Of a DNA stretch of 64,000 nt, positions 60,053-64,000 are shown piece after piece. This DNA comes from Sporopachydermia quercuum (Eukaryota): NCBI GenBank assembly GCA_001599295.1, contig BCGN01000003.1, positions 1,674,001 to 1,738,000 of the forward strand. Reading direction: 5' to 3'. The notes under the pieces were generated by a model, which did no database searches, had not been told where the DNA came from, and saw only the letters and a program-made list of their open reading frames with translations. The translations under genes were made by a program, and so were the position numbers. Position 1 is the stretch's first letter. Each line of letters opens with the position of its first letter.

Positions 60053-60641
60053 GAAGGAGTGGCAATGGCAAGGCAATGAGAATGGGAACATGAGAATAGA
60101 GTTAGATGAGGGGTGATTATCTGGATTGTGACTATTAGTGGTGAATTAGATTAAGCAGAGTGCTTTTTGTGGATTTTGGTTGATACTTTTTGGTTTTAGA
60201 TGTTTTCTTACCGAGCTTATGCTCTCCTGCTCGGTGGTACTAGGTTTTGGTTGAGAGTATTCTACAGAACATCGTGAGGAGAAGCTGGGCTTCTACGCAA
60301 GACCACGTGATCTGGAACGGAATTTTCTCAAAAACTAATCCTTCCCTGTACCAAGTTTGCTTCATGGGTGGCACAGTGCTCCCACAGTCAATCACAGTGA
60401 ATTCATTCAGNCGCTTCTAGCTACCGAAATAGTACAAATTAATATAAATGCTTTTATTATATCGTAAATCATAAACTCCATTCTGTTTCTAGTAAGATCA
60501 CCTATATAATTTAATATACAACATATANTATGCTTGCTGAGCTTGCTGAGCTTGCTGTGGAGTGCCCAGTGGTAGTGCTAGTGTTGAGTCTTACTGTTTA
60601 TTATCAGATAAACCGACAATAAACTAACNTCTATAAAACCC

Positions 60642-62249
60642 CTATTTATTATTAGTTTGAGGATTAAGTGAATTCGGTATCGGAACAAGTCTTGTGTGAA
60701 AAAAACCACTAGTATTCGGCTTAGGTAAATCTGTAATGGTATCACTATCTATCTTCTCGTTATTTATTGGTGATGAGACAGAATGCTCATGTGAATGTTC
60801 ACTTCCTTCTTCTTCATAGTCTTCGTCAGTTGTCATAGGAGCCTCCCAATTCTGATTCTCGGCCATGGATTGTTCGGTGAACTCTGTCGGTCTAATCTCT
60901 GGCAAAAGCTCAATGTAATCAGTAGCATATTCTCCTAATTCTACTTCATCAAGGCCATCTTTCTCGTTTTTTATCTTCAAATGAAGCCTTGGTATTATAT
61001 TTATTATACTTAGAATTACCCAGCTTATTACAAAAGCATAGGCTCCTCCAGTGACACATCCAGCTAATTGATACCCTAGCTGGATGTAATGATGGTCTAT
61101 CCAACCACCATCAATTTCTGCCCCGCTGACTGCAGCAATAGTTTTAGAAGCAAAAAATGCAGTAAGAATGCTTCCCATATAGCCAGAAACACAATGAATT
61201 GCCCATATGTCCAGACAATCATCGATTACGAGATTTGTCATGTCTGATAAGGCAAATTTCACTTTAGTAGCCAAATTAGCAACAAAAGCACCAAGAATAC
61301 CAAATATTATCGAGCTCCAAATTGGCACGTATCCGCATGCAGGAGTAATCGTTACTAGACCTGCGACGAGGCCGGAGCAATATCCAGTTATTCCGTATTT
61401 TCGATCAAACTGGAGATCTAGTATCATCCATGTCAGGCCTCCGCATGATCCTGCAAGCATAGTGTTGAAAACAGCTACAATTGCTTGAGCGTTGGCGGTA
61501 TAATTAGTACCGGAATTGAACCCGATCCATCCTAACAGCATCAACATAGCTCCTATAACAACATTTGAGACACTTGACATTCTATAATTCTCAGCAAATG
61601 ACCGTGTGCCGTAATCATCTCTGGGTCCTAGTACAATTGAGTATGCCATTGCAGTAGAACCACTAACAATATGAACAGGAGTTCCTCCGGAGTAATCCAA
61701 AGTGCCCAGTTTTGCCAACCATCCTTGGCGATTCCAGTGCCAATAAGCAACTGGATCGTAAACCACTGTTGCCCAGATAAATGCAAATATGAACATTGGT
61801 ACTAACCTCCCTCGTTCTGCTATGGCTCCCAATGCTAATACTGCGGTAACTAAACAAAACATGCCATTCATTAATGCAACTGATAAAAGTGGAAGATTAT
61901 AAACACCGTCGCTATCCATTACTGGTGCTGTGTGTCCACCGGATGATTCTACTGTCGAGAAGCTGTTCACAAACCTATCAGGTAATCCTGCATACTTCAG
62001 GTTACCAAGAAATGGTGATAGGTTCTCAGAGTTGGAAAAGACCAGCGAGAAACCAAAAACGTACCATTGAATCATTATAATCGAAAACAAAAAAGGAGTT
62101 AAAGCTTGCATAGATAAAGCGGATTTCCGTCTGGTTAGACCTGAATAAAATAAACCTGCTCCAACTGCCATCAACAGGATAAGGAATGAACACAAGATGA
62201 TGAATGCTGTATTACCAGCGTTAAACTCGCTTTGGTCTGAAGCNGCCAT
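60642..62249 (-). CDS. Ammonium permease, Amt/Mep family, twin-His (Mep2-like) pore
   Basis: FYSGLTRRKSALS, GAIAERGR, DYSGGTPVHIVSG (His 1), GWIGFNSG, GLVTITPACG, DDCLDIWAIH (His 2). Confidence 0.95.
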   Translation of the reverse strand: MXASDQSEFNAGNTAFIILCSFLILLMAVGAGLFYSGLTRRKSALSMQALTPFLFSIIMIQWYVFGFSLVFSNSENLSPFLGNLKYAGLPDRFVNSFSTVESSGGHTAPVMDSDGVYNLPLLSVALMNGMFCLVTAVLALGAIAERGRLVPMFIFAFIWATVVYDPVAYWHWNRQGWLAKLGTLDYSGGTPVHIVSGSTAMAYSIVLGPRDDYGTRSFAENYRMSSVSNVVIGAMLMLLGWIGFNSGTNYTANAQAIVAVFNTMLAGSCGGLTWMILDLQFDRKYGITGYCSGLVAGLVTITPACGYVPIWSSIIFGILGAFVANLATKVKFALSDMTNLVIDDCLDIWAIHCVSGYMGSILTAFFASKTIAAVSGAEIDGGWIDHHYIQLGYQLAGCVTGGAYAFVISWVILSIINIIPRLHLKIKNEKDGLDEVELGEYATDYIELLPEIRPTEFTEQSMAENQNWEAPMTTDEDYEEEGSEHSHEHSVSSPINNEKIDSDTITDLPKPNTSGFFHTRLVPIPNSLNPQTNNK

Positions 62250-64000
62250 TCTGTTAATGTGGCGGTGAAATTTATGAATTACTGAGATCTATTATTTATT
62301 AGTTTCAATGCTGATTACTCGGTTCGTTAAGTTTATTTCAGTAAATCATATACCTTTTGATGTTAATGGTAATGTCTATTAACTCGCCTCATGTAGAATC
62401 GTTTTACCTTGATTAATATACTCTTCTCATTATCCAATTACTACTTGGATTTCAAGATACAAGCCCAAAAACGCAGTCAAATCAAATATGCTAATAAACC
62501 TGCAAAATTGTATGTTAAGATGACTGAAAAACGTTTTCCTGATGATAATAATAGCGCAGGGCCTGCAAATAGAAAAGCTTTGATGAAGCTGTTCCAAGTG
62601 ATTTGTTTGTAAGGTAACTTTTTCATCCGTTTCCCCGTTTACATGTGAAGTTTGGGAATAGGGTTTGAAATGGGTTCATGAGCTGAGTGTAAATAGGGTT
62701 AAGATTTTATTGTTAAGCATTAGGTTTGGTTCTTAGAGGATTGATCGATGCCGTAGTTAAAGATAAGACTTAGAGATGAGGTGACAAGTGATGAGTGATG
62801 TTTAGAGAGAGGAGAAAAAGAACACAATTAAGTCCTCCAATTATTAGTTTATAATCATAACTGTTTCTATGTCTACTGATTAATGAATATTGTATTACGT
62901 TGTTTTTCAGCTCTTGCGTGGCTCTGCTTNGGTTTGCAAGTTAGGCTTAATAACGTTTGAGTCAATGCAAAACTTATCTCAATCTTTATTTATTTCAGCG
63001 CTAAAACAAAGTATATTCATGCAGGTTTCAACGGTTTATTCTTGTTTTGTACTTATTTACTCAATACGGAAAGCAATACTTCTTAATGTGGAGATAGGAT
63101 CCAGTTTGGGGAGTCATCCTTTTTTCATTTCAGAATATATTCTGAGCTGAGCAGGTTTAAAGTTATTAATTCTACAAGTGTTAAACGATTCAATAAAATA
63201 TGAATCTGCAGATGATTCATTTCTCAGATCCAGGTTAATGATTTAGGTGAAACTTCCGATGAATGTCTGGTTGATCAACCATATACCTGTATCTTCATCA
63301 ATGAGGTTTTTCGTGCCAATGAAATAGTCAAACCATGAAACTCAAATAAGTGCTTGCACTCGGTTTTTTGTGCTTTTAGAATGTCTTACCTAATGTTGCA
63401 TAAAAGAAAAAACAAAACTACAATTGTTCACGGATTTGTAGTTTTATGAATTGAAATTCTTCATTAGTTGCAATCGTAAGTTCATTCGTAAATTCACCAT
63501 ACTCCCAGATCGAAATGCCATTGGAACCAACTAAATTTCTCCCTTGCAAAGTTAAAGTTGATAAAACGGTATATTTGCATAATCATGCAATATCTGCATT
63601 CTTAGCATGGTTATACATATAACCGCATGGTTGAATCTCAGCATAATAAATGAAAATTTTCATATCTTTATCCTGTTCATTCCAATCACTTTATCCAGTC
63701 AAACAGCATCAATCTATTATTTATTTACTGTCAAAATCCTGATTTTCCGCCCCCTTTGTTAAGCACATATATCTGATATGCGACGGGTGTAAGATTTTCC
63801 ACAATACCTACCCATCATGACAAACGAAAGACCTGATACGATGAGTCGCAAGTTTGAAATACTGGTCCAATCAAGTAAATCATCTGCTCGACATGGATTA
63901 TTGAATTTGAAACCAAACAAAGAAACTGTTCCTTATTTGCAAAAGGTCTTTGACTATGAGGTCAATACAGAGAAAGTAGAAGACTCTCAGACGTTTGATT

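Noticed and set aside
17258..60311. CACGTG sites (about 17261, 18950, 27469, 36688, 60304) as point-centromere CDEI
   Set aside because: At the GTCACGTG sites I examined there is no very AT-rich CDEII followed by a CCGAA CDEIII. They are more likely ordinary Cbf1/bHLH sites.
1..64000. Transposons/LTRs, rRNA, snRNA, CRISPR-like arrays, telomeric repeats
   Set aside because: No gag/pol/transposase frames, paired LTRs or regularly spaced repeats were recognised. Only microsatellites and homopolymers were seen (e.g. poly-A about 11035-11054, poly-T about 41853-41873, AAAT repeats about 12406-12436). Solo LTRs could be missed by eye.

Overview
Eukaryotic DNA from an AT-rich budding yeast (Saccharomycotina). 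It has short GTAWGT...TACTAAY...YAG introns, and CTG reads as Leu at invariant positions, so the code is standard. Gene density is low, with several 2.5-5.5 kb intergenic gaps. Genes in order: BOP3-like (runs off the left edge), SIM1/SUN4, KGD1 (1 intron), FDO1-like coiled-coil, RPP1B (1 intron), MAM33, CLB3/4, ECM13-like, CDC14 (651-nt intron), GH5 glucanase copy 1, intron-containing tRNA-Arg(UCU), a divergent pair of TauD/JLP1 dioxygenase and ACS-family MFS permease, GH5 copy 2, stand-alone aldose 1-epimerase, SOG2, and a MEP2-type ammonium permease. The most interesting area is about 37.4-50 kb. There, two GH5 paralogs bracket a tRNA, a probable organosulfur-scavenging pair, and two decayed MFS transporter genes that the ORF track does not show. 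Other leads are complementary ends in the CDC14 intron, a possible AYR1 relic at its syntenic position, a recurring promoter 10-mer (CGCGTCTCAT), intragenic GC gradients, and a jump in ambiguous bases after about 51 kb. All homology calls come from recalled family motifs, not database searches. I found no firm evidence of a wholly new system.
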